Positions 48,011 to 58,123 are shown, numbered from the stretch's first letter. The stretch is 64,000 nucleotides of DNA from an uncultured Pseudomonadales bacterium (GCA_964607285.1 CAZSJW010000003.1:6094-70093), one strand, 5' to 3'. Translations and numbers: made by a program. The notes: generated by a model not told the origin, from the sequence alone.

Positions 48011-49039
48011 TTAAGGCAAATTAGAAAGCGTCAATAACTGCTTGTTTTGTAAATAACTCTCGATTTCTGCAATGATGTCCCACCAGCCCAGCCCTGCAAT
48101 TGAATCATATGCATACCATTGTCGCAGCTCTGTTAGCACCTGCACCTGCAGTAACTTTCTAGCTGTGTGCGGGTCATACATTTTTTCGATGGCTGCTTGT
48201 TCTTGAAAATCCGAAAAACGTATTGCGTTTTGAAACAGCCCTCCGCCTGCTGCATCGGTAGACACTATCATTGCTGCTTGTGAAAGTATTGATTCGTACA
48301 CATCTTCTGTTAGCTCAACAGTCAGTGTACTCAACCATGACTGCATCGCAGTGAGTACTGCATCTGTATAACCCTCTTCAAACTGGGACTGTGCAACCTC
48401 ATTTGTAAATAAAAATGCTTCGCCGTTATACTGTCTAATCTTCCTACCTAATCCATAGTTTTGTACAAAGTATTCTCTTGCATCAAACGTTTCTTCAATA
48501 AATCCCTCGTCGTTCATAGGCTTACCCAAAGGCGACTGGATTCCATCAGGGAGTGTTACAGAGTCTGTTGCTATAAGTAAAACATTTTTTCCCAAATATT
48601 TCTTTGCCAAATTGAGTATTTTCAGCTGCGCTTGCTCAACTGCGTCATTGTTATCAGTGCCCTCCTCAGAGGGTTCTATAAAAATAGGAACCCCTTTAAA
48701 ATACCCCACCATAGTTTTCACCTTAACCGAACCATTTCCATTCCGTACCTGCGTATATAAATAATTTTGAAAGTGTAAAGGGCCTTCTGCTGTAGAAATA
48801 ACTTCACCTGTATCTCTGTTGAATGCAGGCCGAACTAGCCCCGTACTTTCATATGCAACCAATAGGGCTTTCCGATAACTGCCAGTCGCAATTATTATCT
48901 CTTCTGGTGGCTGAGTATTCCAAAAGGAAAACTCTTCGCTGGTCAACCGTGATTTAAAATCATGAGTTTCATCTCCCGAAAATTTTCGTGGCTCGACGGT
49001 AAAAATTCCTGCAAGTGTGTGGTGTAACTCTGATGACAT
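48011..49039 (-). CDS. divergent Maf-like nucleotide pyrophosphatase
   Basis: IIIATGSYRK (cf. LILAS.SPRR), AQLK…LIATDSV..PDG…LGKP, DAAGG, SIAGL, plus insertions. Confidence 0.55.
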   Translation of the reverse strand: MSSELHHTLAGIFTVEPRKFSGDETHDFKSRLTSEEFSFWNTQPPEEIIIATGSYRKALLVAYESTGLVRPAFNRDTGEVISTAEGPLHFQNYLYTQVRNGNGSVKVKTMVGYFKGVPIFIEPSEEGTDNNDAVEQAQLKILNLAKKYLGKNVLLIATDSVTLPDGIQSPLGKPMNDEGFIEETFDAREYFVQNYGLGRKIRQYNGEAFLFTNEVAQSQFEEGYTDAVLTAMQSWLSTLTVELTEDVYESILSQAAMIVSTDAAGGGLFQNAIRFSDFQEQAAIEKMYDPHTARKLLQVQVLTELRQWYAYDSIAGLGWWDIIAEIESYLQNKQLLTLSNLP

Positions 49040-49129
49040 ATACAAGTACAATCGTGTGTAACAAATCAAACCACGACATGTAGTGCATGCGCAACTAGCA
49101 AAATACCACGTATAGTACGCACAAAACGC

Positions 49130-49573
49130 TTATTTCCGTCCAGTAGTACCAAAACCACCACGGTTTTTACTGCTCAATTTTCCAACTTCCACAAGCTGCA
49201 TCGGTGTTTTTTCCATAAGCTGCATTTGTACTATGCGTTCACCACGCTGAATTACTACCGTTTTGTTCGTAAAATTCAGCAGTGCTGCGCGATACTCATC
49301 ATCATCACCACAGTAGTCACTGTCACCAACGCCTACACCATTTACTAGATGAACACCCTGTTTATGGAGAGAACTCCGTGCCGTCACTAACAACCAGTAC
49401 TCTTCAGGAAACTGAATTGCCACATTAAGTGGTACATACCCTACCGAATGTGCTGCAATTTCTACTGTTTCGCGTGCATACAAATCCATTGCCGCAGCAC
49501 CAGATGATTTATACTCTGGCAATGGCAACTCTGGATCAAAACGCTTAATCTTGATGGTGATTGGTGACGACAT
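49130..49573 (-). CDS. dut: dUTP diphosphatase
   Basis: GAAAMDL, ARSS, GVGDSDYCG, GERIVQ, RGGFGTTG. Confidence 0.93.
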   Translation of the reverse strand: MSSPITIKIKRFDPELPLPEYKSSGAAAMDLYARETVEIAAHSVGYVPLNVAIQFPEEYWLLVTARSSLHKQGVHLVNGVGVGDSDYCGDDDEYRAALLNFTNKTVVIQRGERIVQMQLMEKTPMQLVEVGKLSSKNRGGFGTTGRK

Positions 49574-50066
49574 ATTCTTGGACAATTGTTTGTTCCGATA
49601 AATGGTGAGTTTTTTCAAGCTTGATTTCAGAATGTAGCGTGGCGTTAAACAGCTTCAAACCTGTTCCAAACACGACTGGTTCTGTAGTCAAGTACAGTCG
49701 CTCAACTAGTCCTGCTCTCATAAACTGCGTATACACAGAAGTACCACCACATACTGCAACTTCAGAGTAACCTTCATCTGCAAGCATGGTAAGCAATTCT
49801 TCTAGCTGCATGTTCACTCCCCGCACCTGATCTCCCCACTGACTATATTTTTCAGGGGTACGACTGAGGACAATACTCACTCTACCTGGGAGTGGCCGAT
49901 TGATTGTGTCAAAGGTACTGCTACCCATGATGCAAACGCCTGCCTGCTTTGTACGCTCCGTAAAAAACTGCGCATCGGATTTGCTCGTCCATTTAGTAGA
50001 AATTTCTGCCACACCGCGGGCAATGTATCCATCAGCGGTTAGAGCAGCAATAAGAAAGACGTGCAT
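49545..50066 (-). CDS. folA: dihydrofolate reductase
   Basis: IAALTADGYIA, W…SDAQFF…T, IMGSSTF, PLPGR, VCGG..VY, LYLT. Confidence 0.85.
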   Translation of the reverse strand: MHVFLIAALTADGYIARGVAEISTKWTSKSDAQFFTERTKQAGVCIMGSSTFDTINRPLPGRVSIVLSRTPEKYSQWGDQVRGVNMQLEELLTMLADEGYSEVAVCGGTSVYTQFMRAGLVERLYLTTEPVVFGTGLKLFNATLHSEIKLEKTHHLSEQTIVQEYVVTNHHQD

Positions 50067-50109
50067 AGCTGCCATCGTACCATAGCCCTTGCTGTAGTAT
50101 GATAGGCAA

Positions 50110-50673
50110 ATGATCGCCCCCGCACCCATTTCCCAAAACTATACTGAGCTTGAAGCTCTGGCCAAAACATATAAAAAGCAAGGTAAAAAAATTGTGCTAA
50201 CTCAAGGATCCTTCGACATGATCCACATCGGCCATGCTCGCTACTGTGCTGAAGCCAAAACGTATGGAGATGTCCTGTTTATTGGAGTGGACAGCGACGA
50301 GAAAATCCGTAAGCGCAAAGGGCCTGACAGGCCCGTCGTGCCCCAAGAAGAGAGACTCGAAATGCTCACACATTTGCGCTCAGTAGATCATGTCGTTCTA
50401 AAAGAATTGAGCCAACCCAAGTGGGAACTTATTAAACGAATTCAACCAGATGTCCTAATTGCTACTGCGGAAACCTACTCCAAAGAGCAACTCAAAGAAC
50501 TTCATAAGCTCTGTGGCTCGATTGTCGTCCTAGAACCAATGGCAACCACTTCTACTAGTGCAAAACTTCGCCGTGTGCAGATCGGGGTTGCCAAACATAT
50601 TAGTGCCACAATCTCCAAAAAACTAATTCATACAATTGAAGAGGTGCTCGATGAGCTTAAAGCAGAAAGCTAG
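50110..50673 (+). CDS. cytidylyltransferase-like HIGH nucleotidyltransferase (RfaE-II/TagD-like)
   Basis: GSFDMIHIGH, GVDSD, KGPDRP, ER.EML, TSTS. Confidence 0.9.
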   Translation: MIAPAPISQNYTELEALAKTYKKQGKKIVLTQGSFDMIHIGHARYCAEAKTYGDVLFIGVDSDEKIRKRKGPDRPVVPQEERLEMLTHLRSVDHVVLKELSQPKWELIKRIQPDVLIATAETYSKEQLKELHKLCGSIVVLEPMATTSTSAKLRRVQIGVAKHISATISKKLIHTIEEVLDELKAES

Positions 50674-51514
50674 CGCAATCCTACTCGCATACATTCCTGT
50701 ACTCCATGAAGGGTATCGTCGATTCATCGACTCACACCTCACAACAGTTCAAACAGCGTACCTACTCGGACCACAATACACTCACCAGCTCCGACCACTG
50801 GTCAAAGATATCCGAGCTCTTGAGCCCCGATTGGTAGTAGAAGCCCTTCGGAAATGGTACCCAAATCTAGAAGTACGGATCCTTGAGAATGAGATGATTC
50901 CTGAACTTCAAACACCACATATCATTGCTCCAGATGAAGATATAACTCGCCAAGTTATTCAAGAACATTTTCCTAACAATTCAGTGGTATTTGACACAAT
51001 TTTCCTTCGCTGGGACCACGAACATTCACTGGCTGCAAAACCACTGCAAGATATTCCTAACATCACAGTAAATGCACTGCAAAGAACCTTCCTAGATCGT
51101 GCCAAGTCTGAAGCGCGTAGAAGCTCCGACTGGTGGCGACACGTTGGTGCAGTGCTGGTTTCTGCTGATGGACAAACTATTTTGAGTGACCACAATCATC
51201 ACCTTCCCTCACCACACACCCCATACGTTACGGGTGATCCTCGAGCCAATTTTCATAAAGGTGAACATATTGAGTTAACCACCGCTATTCATGCGGAAGC
51301 TGCAGTGATCGGTTCTGCAGCAAAGCTAGGAGTTTCTACCGCAGGAGCTCAGTTATTTGTCACCACCTTTCCTTGCCCTGTATGCGCGAAGTTGATTGTG
51401 CAAGCAGGCATTACTGAGCTCTACTTTTCAGAAGGATACGCGGTACTTGATGGACTAGATCTGTTGCAAAAAGCAAACATTACAGTTTTGCAAATAAAAG
51501 ATATTAAGGACTAA
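50651..51514 (+). CDS. dCMP deaminase-like protein with N-terminal extra domain
   Basis: SSDWWRHVGAV, IHAEA, TTFPCPVCAKLI. The N-terminal ~130 aa begin with AYIPVLHEGY. Confidence 0.88.
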   Translation: MSLKQKASAILLAYIPVLHEGYRRFIDSHLTTVQTAYLLGPQYTHQLRPLVKDIRALEPRLVVEALRKWYPNLEVRILENEMIPELQTPHIIAPDEDITRQVIQEHFPNNSVVFDTIFLRWDHEHSLAAKPLQDIPNITVNALQRTFLDRAKSEARRSSDWWRHVGAVLVSADGQTILSDHNHHLPSPHTPYVTGDPRANFHKGEHIELTTAIHAEAAVIGSAAKLGVSTAGAQLFVTTFPCPVCAKLIVQAGITELYFSEGYAVLDGLDLLQKANITVLQIKDIKD

Positions 51515-51544
51515 CCCCACCTTCAATTGATTTATTCTGTTTCA

Positions 51545-52714
51545 TCAGAACAATCCCACTTTTCTAGCCCAACTCAGCTCATCTGCCATGACCCTTAGTA
51601 CATCTTCTTCAAAGAACATATCATTCAGGGGAATTCTGCCTAACATCAATGTGCGCAATACCATAGCAATTCTAAGCACGTCATCTCTGGAGAGGTTTTT
51701 TCCTTTTTCTCTGGCAGCAAGACTATTTCCTTGTGCAATCTGTGAACACAGCCACCAGGCAAGTTCAAAACCAACTACATTTTTGTGAGGAACTCCGTGG
51801 AATTTATTTGGCAATGTAGCGGCACCCTCTTTGGTAGCTTGCAAATATGCTTGAAAATCGTATGAGTGGTCTCCATTTTTTTGACTGTATATATCTCTCA
51901 CCACCTGGTACATCTCCCCCAAAAATCCGAATGTTTCTCCCAAGTACCCTCGTAAAAAATAGTGTTCTAGATCGTGCCCCTCAATTACCGTAAATGCCCT
52001 ACTCACCACTTCTGGAAGTTCTCCGCCACCTAACCACTCACAACCTTCTTTCAATGTCTGAACTGAGCAGGAAACTCGTTCATGCTCTTGTAAAGCCTCT
52101 GTGTCATCTGGGCTAGCCCAAACTTTACCACGCATTTCCCCAACATGTGTTACCTCGTGGTTGTGCCATTTTTCTTTGTACAACTCGATGAGAGGAGTGT
52201 TTGGCACACGTGCAAGTATCCCTGCAGGCGGAACAACTATGTGAGGAATAATCACACCATGATTCCGCAATTTTTCTGGTTTATTTGGGTCGCTTATCAC
52301 TACTAATTGTGGTTCTGCAAGTACGTCCCACAGCAACTCGCCCCGTTCACCAATTTTTTCCCAAGCCGTCCCGCCTGGCATTCCTCTCTCCTCACTCATG
52401 ACTCTTCTATCCCAGATGTTTTTGCTCACCACATCATGCTGGACAGCAAGGTAGCGAACACCATTCTCTTCCCTATACTCAAGATCTTGTCGGAACTGCA
52501 CTCGGTCATCGGTTGCTAGCACCCAAACGTGTTTCGCATCAAACAGACAGACAACAAATGGAGGTACTACAAAAAGTGGGTCTTTCTGCGCATTGGCAAA
52601 AATTTTGCACTCAAGTGAAAGGTCAGAAAGGGTACATTCGTAGCTTTTCCTAGCTTCGGAGAAAAAAACTTGAAATTCCAAACGATTATTTGAATACTCT
52701 TTCGATAGGAACAT
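51545..52714 (-). CDS. hypothetical protein
   Basis: 389-aa ORF with no recognisable motif. Confidence 0.7.
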   Translation of the reverse strand: MFLSKEYSNNRLEFQVFFSEARKSYECTLSDLSLECKIFANAQKDPLFVVPPFVVCLFDAKHVWVLATDDRVQFRQDLEYREENGVRYLAVQHDVVSKNIWDRRVMSEERGMPGGTAWEKIGERGELLWDVLAEPQLVVISDPNKPEKLRNHGVIIPHIVVPPAGILARVPNTPLIELYKEKWHNHEVTHVGEMRGKVWASPDDTEALQEHERVSCSVQTLKEGCEWLGGGELPEVVSRAFTVIEGHDLEHYFLRGYLGETFGFLGEMYQVVRDIYSQKNGDHSYDFQAYLQATKEGAATLPNKFHGVPHKNVVGFELAWWLCSQIAQGNSLAAREKGKNLSRDDVLRIAMVLRTLMLGRIPLNDMFFEEDVLRVMADELSWARKVGLF

Positions 52715-52759
52715 TTTTGAATTATATCAAAATGACTCAAATGAACACTGAGAGTACAG

Positions 52760-53218
52760 TTACTTCCTTGACTTGCCAACCTTGATCCGCACTGACTGGT
52801 AATCAGGTGCGTCAATATCAGGTTGTACAAACTGCGCATGCATATGATTCACAGACCCAGCTGAATAATTTGTGTCACCAAACCGCATCGCAAACGCTCC
52901 GCCAGGTACATTAAACTCTTTAACTGACCATTGCATTAACTCGAGTAATTCCCTTCCAGCTTCGGGTGCGACTTCAGATAGCTCTACCGCATGCTCTCGA
53001 TAGATTGCTAACAAGTGTACTTTTGTGTGTTCGTATGGCCACTGGTTAAAAGTTAGAAGCCAGTGTTTTGTTTCTTTGAGAATAGGATTCTTGTGGTGTT
53101 CTGCCAAATGTTCACGACAAAATGGACAATGACCTTCGCGTAAAATTTGCTCCATCTCTGTAACTTGCTCAGGTACCCGAGCGTTCTCAATGTCTACTAG
53201 TTGCTGATTGCCTGTCAT
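52760..53218 (-). CDS. HIT-family nucleotide hydrolase
   Basis: CPFC, NQWPY…HLL, GSVNHMHAQ (HxHxQ variant). Confidence 0.85.
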   Translation of the reverse strand: MTGNQQLVDIENARVPEQVTEMEQILREGHCPFCREHLAEHHKNPILKETKHWLLTFNQWPYEHTKVHLLAIYREHAVELSEVAPEAGRELLELMQWSVKEFNVPGGAFAMRFGDTNYSAGSVNHMHAQFVQPDIDAPDYQSVRIKVGKSRK

Positions 53219-53226
53219 AAAAACCT

Positions 53227-54168
53227 TTAAATCGCAACTGGAATTTGCCTAATTCCAGGATGTGGCGTGTAGTTTTTGAGCTCAAAATCAGTATAGCGGA
53301 ATGAAAAAATGTCGGTGCTCTTGCTCTTCAATTCTATGTCAGGTAATGGCTTGGGTTCACGCTCAAGCATAGTTTTAACTGCATCTAGCTGATCAACATA
53401 AATGTGTGCATCAGAAAAACTGTGGACATACTCGTAGGGCTCTAATCCTGTTGCTTGTGCAATCATAAGCAAGAGAGCTGAGTACTGAGTCATATTTGCA
53501 GGAACACCCACAGGAACGTCTGCAGAACGTTGAAACATATGGAGCGTCAATTTGTTATCCAACACCCGTAAATGTATCCATCCATGACATGGAGCCACAA
53601 CAACTTTTTGCTGACGACCAATCACGCGAACTGTATACTGTGGGATCCAAGGAGTTATAAAGTGAGTCCGTAAGTGTGGTTGTTCCTTGATCTGCTCAAT
53701 GATGTACTTGAACTGATTGTATGTTTCGCCTTCAGCGGTGGGAAAATCATGAAATGCTGCACCATACGAACCTGGACCTAAGTCTCCTGGAATTAGTCCG
53801 CGCTTTCGGCATTTCTCGGGTGTTCCCCAGGGTGACCACCAAGAACATCCGTAACTTTCCAACTGTTCAAGAGTTCGAGCTCCATTCAAAAACCCAATAA
53901 TCTCAGCAATAGCTTGCTGCCATATAGTGACTGGCAAACGCTCAGAGGTTTTTGGCGCCATGTTTCTCTCAGTTATCACGGGAAAACCATCTGCAATCTT
54001 AAAATGCAAAGGTCTCGGCCCAATCAGGGTAATGGCATCCACCTCTTGTTGTGTTTGGGTACGAACCCCTTTATCCAAAATTTCTTGTAATAACTCTCTG
54101 TACTGGGTGTCTGGTTGACGAACACTACTAGTTCTTTTTGCTACTGCAGGTTTTTTCTTCTGGTTCAT
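53227..54168 (-). CDS. thyA: thymidylate synthase
   Basis: DTQYRELL, GDLGP.SYG, APCH (catalytic Cys), FQRSADV..GVPAN, DAHIY. Confidence 0.92.
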   Translation of the reverse strand: MNQKKKPAVAKRTSSVRQPDTQYRELLQEILDKGVRTQTQQEVDAITLIGPRPLHFKIADGFPVITERNMAPKTSERLPVTIWQQAIAEIIGFLNGARTLEQLESYGCSWWSPWGTPEKCRKRGLIPGDLGPGSYGAAFHDFPTAEGETYNQFKYIIEQIKEQPHLRTHFITPWIPQYTVRVIGRQQKVVVAPCHGWIHLRVLDNKLTLHMFQRSADVPVGVPANMTQYSALLLMIAQATGLEPYEYVHSFSDAHIYVDQLDAVKTMLEREPKPLPDIELKSKSTDIFSFRYTDFELKNYTPHPGIRQIPVAI

Positions 54169-54201
54169 TTGGGCCCCTTCTGGGTTTTGTCTTGCCCCAT
54201 T

Positions 54202-54759
54202 CTATACATACAATGTGTGTTCAGTACAGTACTCTGCAACTGCTGGATGCACAAGTTCTGTGATCGACTGTCCCGCTTTTAGACGCTCCCGAACTTCAGT
54301 AGAAGATACCGTAACTTCAGCAACACCCATAATAGGTTTCATGAATGGTTGCAACGGTTCCATTGGGTGCTCCGCCCGAGGGTACACATAGAATTGGTAG
54401 TTCTGCAACCCAGGATGCACAGTTAAAAAATCACTAAATCTATCTAAATACTCCGAGCCCATGATCCAAGAAAATGTATGCTCAGGATGTAATTTGGAAA
54501 AATACTCCAAAGTATCGAATGTATAACTTACCTCCCGAAACTCCTGTACATGCTGCTGCTTTCCAAGGGTAAGCTGTACCATAGCGCAACGGTGCTCATA
54601 CCTTGTCATTTGTTTACCATAGCGTTTTGCCCATGGGTGTATGTATACAGGGACAAACCAAACTTCGTCTACAGTCGCCTGGTCTATCACTGCCTTAGCA
54701 ACTTGAGAATGTCCCACATGTGGTGGGTCAAAAGCACCTCCAAAAATGCCAATATGCAT
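54202..54759 (-). CDS. nadD: nicotinate-nucleotide adenylyltransferase
   Basis: GIFGGAFDPPHVGH, SYTFDTL, WIMG, VSSTEVR. Confidence 0.88.
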   Translation of the reverse strand: MHIGIFGGAFDPPHVGHSQVAKAVIDQATVDEVWFVPVYIHPWAKRYGKQMTRYEHRCAMVQLTLGKQQHVQEFREVSYTFDTLEYFSKLHPEHTFSWIMGSEYLDRFSDFLTVHPGLQNYQFYVYPRAEHPMEPLQPFMKPIMGVAEVTVSSTEVRERLKAGQSITELVHPAVAEYCTEHTLYV

Positions 54760-56981
54760 TAGGCTTTCTTTTTAGCTGATCTCTTTTTTACGGGCTTTTT
54801 TTTAGTTGTTGTTTGTTTTGTGGTTTTGGTGGCTGTTTTGGTTGCAGACGCACCACCTTTGCCAAACTTAGCAGCACGCGCTTCTTGCCTAGCCTTACGC
54901 TCAGCTTGGTGTTCAGCCCACTCTGCTTTTGTGATTTTTTCTCCAGGTTCTGGTTTTTTCCAACTCGCCCAGTCACAGTCTGGATAGCGTCGACAACCAA
55001 AAAAGGATTTTCCCCATCTAGAGTTCTTGATGATAACCTGACCTTCTTGGCATAACGGACACACAACATTTTCTACCAACTCAACAATGTTCTCTGTGAA
55101 ATCACACTCAGGGTATCTACTGCAACTCTTGAATTTACCAAACCGACCTGTACGAATGACAATCTCACCCTTTTCCGTTTCCCCACAGGTTGGACAAACC
55201 TGGCCCGTTTTCTCCACGGGGATTTGTGCGCGATCAGCATTCTTGGTCACTGACTGGATAGTTTTATTGAGTGGCTTAAAGAAGTTAGCAACCACATTTC
55301 GCCACTCCTTTTCTCCTCGAGCGATTCTGTCTAGATCTTCCTCCATCTCAGCGGTGAACTCATATTCCATGAAGGAGGTAAAGTGTTCTACCAAAAAATC
55401 ATTCACAGTCATGCCAATGGCAGTTGGTAGGAACTTTTTTTCCAGACGCTCAATATACCCTCGATCTTCTATCACTGAAATTATTGATGCATAGGTACTT
55501 GGTCTGCCGATGCCACGTTTTTCCAATTCTTTGACTAAAGAAGCATCGTTGAACCTGGGAGGCGGCTGAGTAAACTTCTGTTGGGTGCTTGCTCCGTGTG
55601 GAAACAAATCTTGACCTTTACTCAGTTGTGGAAGCATAACATCTTCACCACCTGGGAAAAGTTTCATCCAACCATCAAACTCTAACACTGACCCAGCGGT
55701 TCGGACTACACCATACTTTGGATGTGTACTTTCAGTTTGCTTGGCAGTGAAGTTAGTTAAAACGGTAGTTTGTGCATATATCGCCTCATTCATTTGTGAG
55801 GCAACAAAGCGGCGATAAATCAAATCGTAAAGTTGCGCATGACGATCAGTAAATCTTGGATACTTGGTTAGCACCATTTGCTTTGTTATAGTCAAATCAG
55901 TTGCCCGAACAGCCTCATGGGCCTCCTGAGAGTTTTTGCTTGCTTTAGCAAAGTATTTCGGCTGAGGAGGTAGGTATTTTTCTCCATACTCGGCTGAAAT
56001 AAAAGCTCTTGCCATATCCAACGCAGTCTGCGATAGCGCGACTGAATCTGTTCTGTGGTAGGTGATTAAACCCTCCTCATACAATTGCTGTGCTACACTC
56101 ATTGTTTGCTTGGCACTCATGCCAAGTGTGTTCGCAGCTTTCTGTTGTAAAGTGGACGTTGTAAAAGGAGGCAAGCTAGTCCTTCGACGCTGCTTTTGCT
56201 CAAGTGATGTAACCGCATATGCTGCATTCTCTAAAACAGCTTGCACACCAGCAACATCCTGTTCAGATGTCGGTGCATATTTATTACCTTCAATTTCAAT
56301 AACTCTTCCAATAAACGTACCTTCTGGCGGTTGTTTAAGCCATTCGGCAGCATCCACCTTACTTTTCGCCACTTGCTGGCCAAGCAAAACATCTACCTCC
56401 CAATACTCCTCTGGTTCAAATGCTTCAATCTCCCGCTCGCGCTCTACAATTAGCCGCAAAGCGACAGATTGCACGCGCCCTGCAGATAGTCCACGGCGAA
56501 TTTTTTTCCATAAAACTGGCGAAACTGTGTACCCCACCAATCGATCCACAACGCGCCGTGCTTGTTGTGCATCAACTAAATCAGTATTAATCTTTCCAGG
56601 ATTATCAATTGCGTGCATGACAGCACTCTTAGTGATTTCATGGAATGTTGCTCTGTGGAAGTCAAGGGCAGTTGCTCTCTTTTTTCCCTCTACTAGTACA
56701 CTCTTTATATGCCATGCAATAGCCTCTCCTTCACGATCAGGGTCAGTTGCTAAATAAACAGCGTCTGCTTGTGCAGCTAATTTTTTGAGTTGTGTGATTA
56801 CCTTTTGCTTGCCTTCAGAAACTTCGTAAGTTGGTTCGTAGTCTTTTTCTAGATCAACACCCAGCGTTTTCTTTGGCAAATCACGGATGTGACCAACAGA
56901 CGCTTCGACTTTGTACTCGTTTCCCAAATATGTACTCAGTTTTCTTGCTTTAGTTGGTGATTCGACTATTACTAATTTCAT
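54759..56981 (-). CDS. topA: DNA topoisomerase I
   Basis: IVESPTKA, ATDPDREGEAI, SAGRVQS, ITYHRTD, GIGRPST, zinc ribbons, Lys-rich tail. Confidence 0.98.
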   Translation of the reverse strand: MKLVIVESPTKARKLSTYLGNEYKVEASVGHIRDLPKKTLGVDLEKDYEPTYEVSEGKQKVITQLKKLAAQADAVYLATDPDREGEAIAWHIKSVLVEGKKRATALDFHRATFHEITKSAVMHAIDNPGKINTDLVDAQQARRVVDRLVGYTVSPVLWKKIRRGLSAGRVQSVALRLIVEREREIEAFEPEEYWEVDVLLGQQVAKSKVDAAEWLKQPPEGTFIGRVIEIEGNKYAPTSEQDVAGVQAVLENAAYAVTSLEQKQRRRTSLPPFTTSTLQQKAANTLGMSAKQTMSVAQQLYEEGLITYHRTDSVALSQTALDMARAFISAEYGEKYLPPQPKYFAKASKNSQEAHEAVRATDLTITKQMVLTKYPRFTDRHAQLYDLIYRRFVASQMNEAIYAQTTVLTNFTAKQTESTHPKYGVVRTAGSVLEFDGWMKLFPGGEDVMLPQLSKGQDLFPHGASTQQKFTQPPPRFNDASLVKELEKRGIGRPSTYASIISVIEDRGYIERLEKKFLPTAIGMTVNDFLVEHFTSFMEYEFTAEMEEDLDRIARGEKEWRNVVANFFKPLNKTIQSVTKNADRAQIPVEKTGQVCPTCGETEKGEIVIRTGRFGKFKSCSRYPECDFTENIVELVENVVCPLCQEGQVIIKNSRWGKSFFGCRRYPDCDWASWKKPEPGEKITKAEWAEHQAERKARQEARAAKFGKGGASATKTATKTTKQTTTKKKPVKKRSAKKKA

Positions 56982-57013
56982 AATTACTTCTCTTTTCAGG
57001 CTACTTGCATCAC

Positions 57014-58123
57014 TTACGCTCTATACCACTGTGCACCTCGTCGCACAATCCTACCAGCTAACTCTAAACTACTCAACTCAAAACTCAATTGTACAACAGA
57101 AAGCTGAGTTGTCAGGCAGAGTTCGTCCGTAGTGCACGGACCTGATTGTAGCTGCCTCTCAATTTCATGTACTGGCTCAGTTTGTCTGTGTTGCTGTATG
57201 ACTTTGGTAATTCCTAATTCATTCAATATATCTTCAGCACTGCTAACTAATGTAGCTCCTTGGTTCACAAAGGTTTTTGTTCCCTCGCTGTACTCACTGT
57301 CAAACGGACCAGGCACAGCACCAACTGGAATTCCCATCTCCGCAGCAATAGCTACCGTACGCTGCGTGCCACTTCGTGCTGCGGCCTCGGGAACTAGCAC
57401 GGCATCTGATAAGCCTGCAATGATTCTATTACGCTCCAAAAACGTTCCTTTAGTAGGTAGCATGGCTGGTGCATACTCAGTTACTACCGTTCCACCTCCC
57501 GCAATTATATCCAATGCCAGCTTTTGCATCCTACTAGGAAACCAACCTCCAAAACCATATCCAAGAACAGCAATTGTTGGTGTCCCATTGGATACAGCAA
57601 CCTGGTGCGCTACAGCATCAATGCCATACATTAGCCCAGAAACAATTGTTCCAACGCCACTAGAACAACAGTCATGAATTAGTCTACGAGTAGCTCTTAC
57701 ACCATATGGTGTGCAGTGCCTAGCACCAACTACTGCAAGCGCAACTTGATTTGGTAGTGGCCAAACTCCTTGTGCATACAAGATAACAGGTGGCTGAGCC
57801 AACTTGGTAAGCTGGCTTGGGTACGCTGTATCTCCTTGCACACTCACATGAATAGACTGACTTTTAAGCCACAATCTATACGAGTCAATACTATATTCAT
57901 TAAATATTTTTTTGATTGAAATAAACTGCTTTTTATTAACGAGTAATTCATCTGATGAATAGAGTGCCTGTGGCCTAAACATATGTGCTTCTATTCGGTT
58001 TTTGTTCAGGTGTTCAAGAATTGAAACAACCGTATTAGGACCAACACCCCTAGCAGCATGTAGCAAAACAGCTAAATCCTTATACTGTGGTCTAATCCGT
58101 AGCATCATGCTACAAAGATACAC
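57014..58123 (-). CDS. dprA: DNA-processing protein DprA
   Basis: AVVGAR, VSGLMYGIDAVAH, FLERNRIIAGLS, EAAARSGT, winged-helix C-terminus. Confidence 0.95.
   Translation of the reverse strand: MYLCSMMLRIRPQYKDLAVLLHAARGVGPNTVVSILEHLNKNRIEAHMFRPQALYSSDELLVNKKQFISIKKIFNEYSIDSYRLWLKSQSIHVSVQGDTAYPSQLTKLAQPPVILYAQGVWPLPNQVALAVVGARHCTPYGVRATRRLIHDCCSSGVGTIVSGLMYGIDAVAHQVAVSNGTPTIAVLGYGFGGWFPSRMQKLALDIIAGGGTVVTEYAPAMLPTKGTFLERNRIIAGLSDAVLVPEAAARSGTQRTVAIAAEMGIPVGAVPGPFDSEYSEGTKTFVNQGATLVSSAEDILNELGITKVIQQHRQTEPVHEIERQLQSGPCTTDELCLTTQLSVVQLSFELSSLELAGRIVRRGAQWYRA

Noticed and set aside
53227-54168. thyA as a phage-type dCMP hydroxymethylase (DNA base modification)
   Set aside because: It retains the dUMP-specifying Asn (GVPAN) and is accompanied by DHFR and tmk, consistent with ordinary dTMP synthesis.
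56062-57677. Long antisense ORFs (231 aa, 181 aa) opposite topA and dprA, and similar shadows elsewhere
   Set aside because: These are shadow frames of well-supported genes with no motifs of their own.
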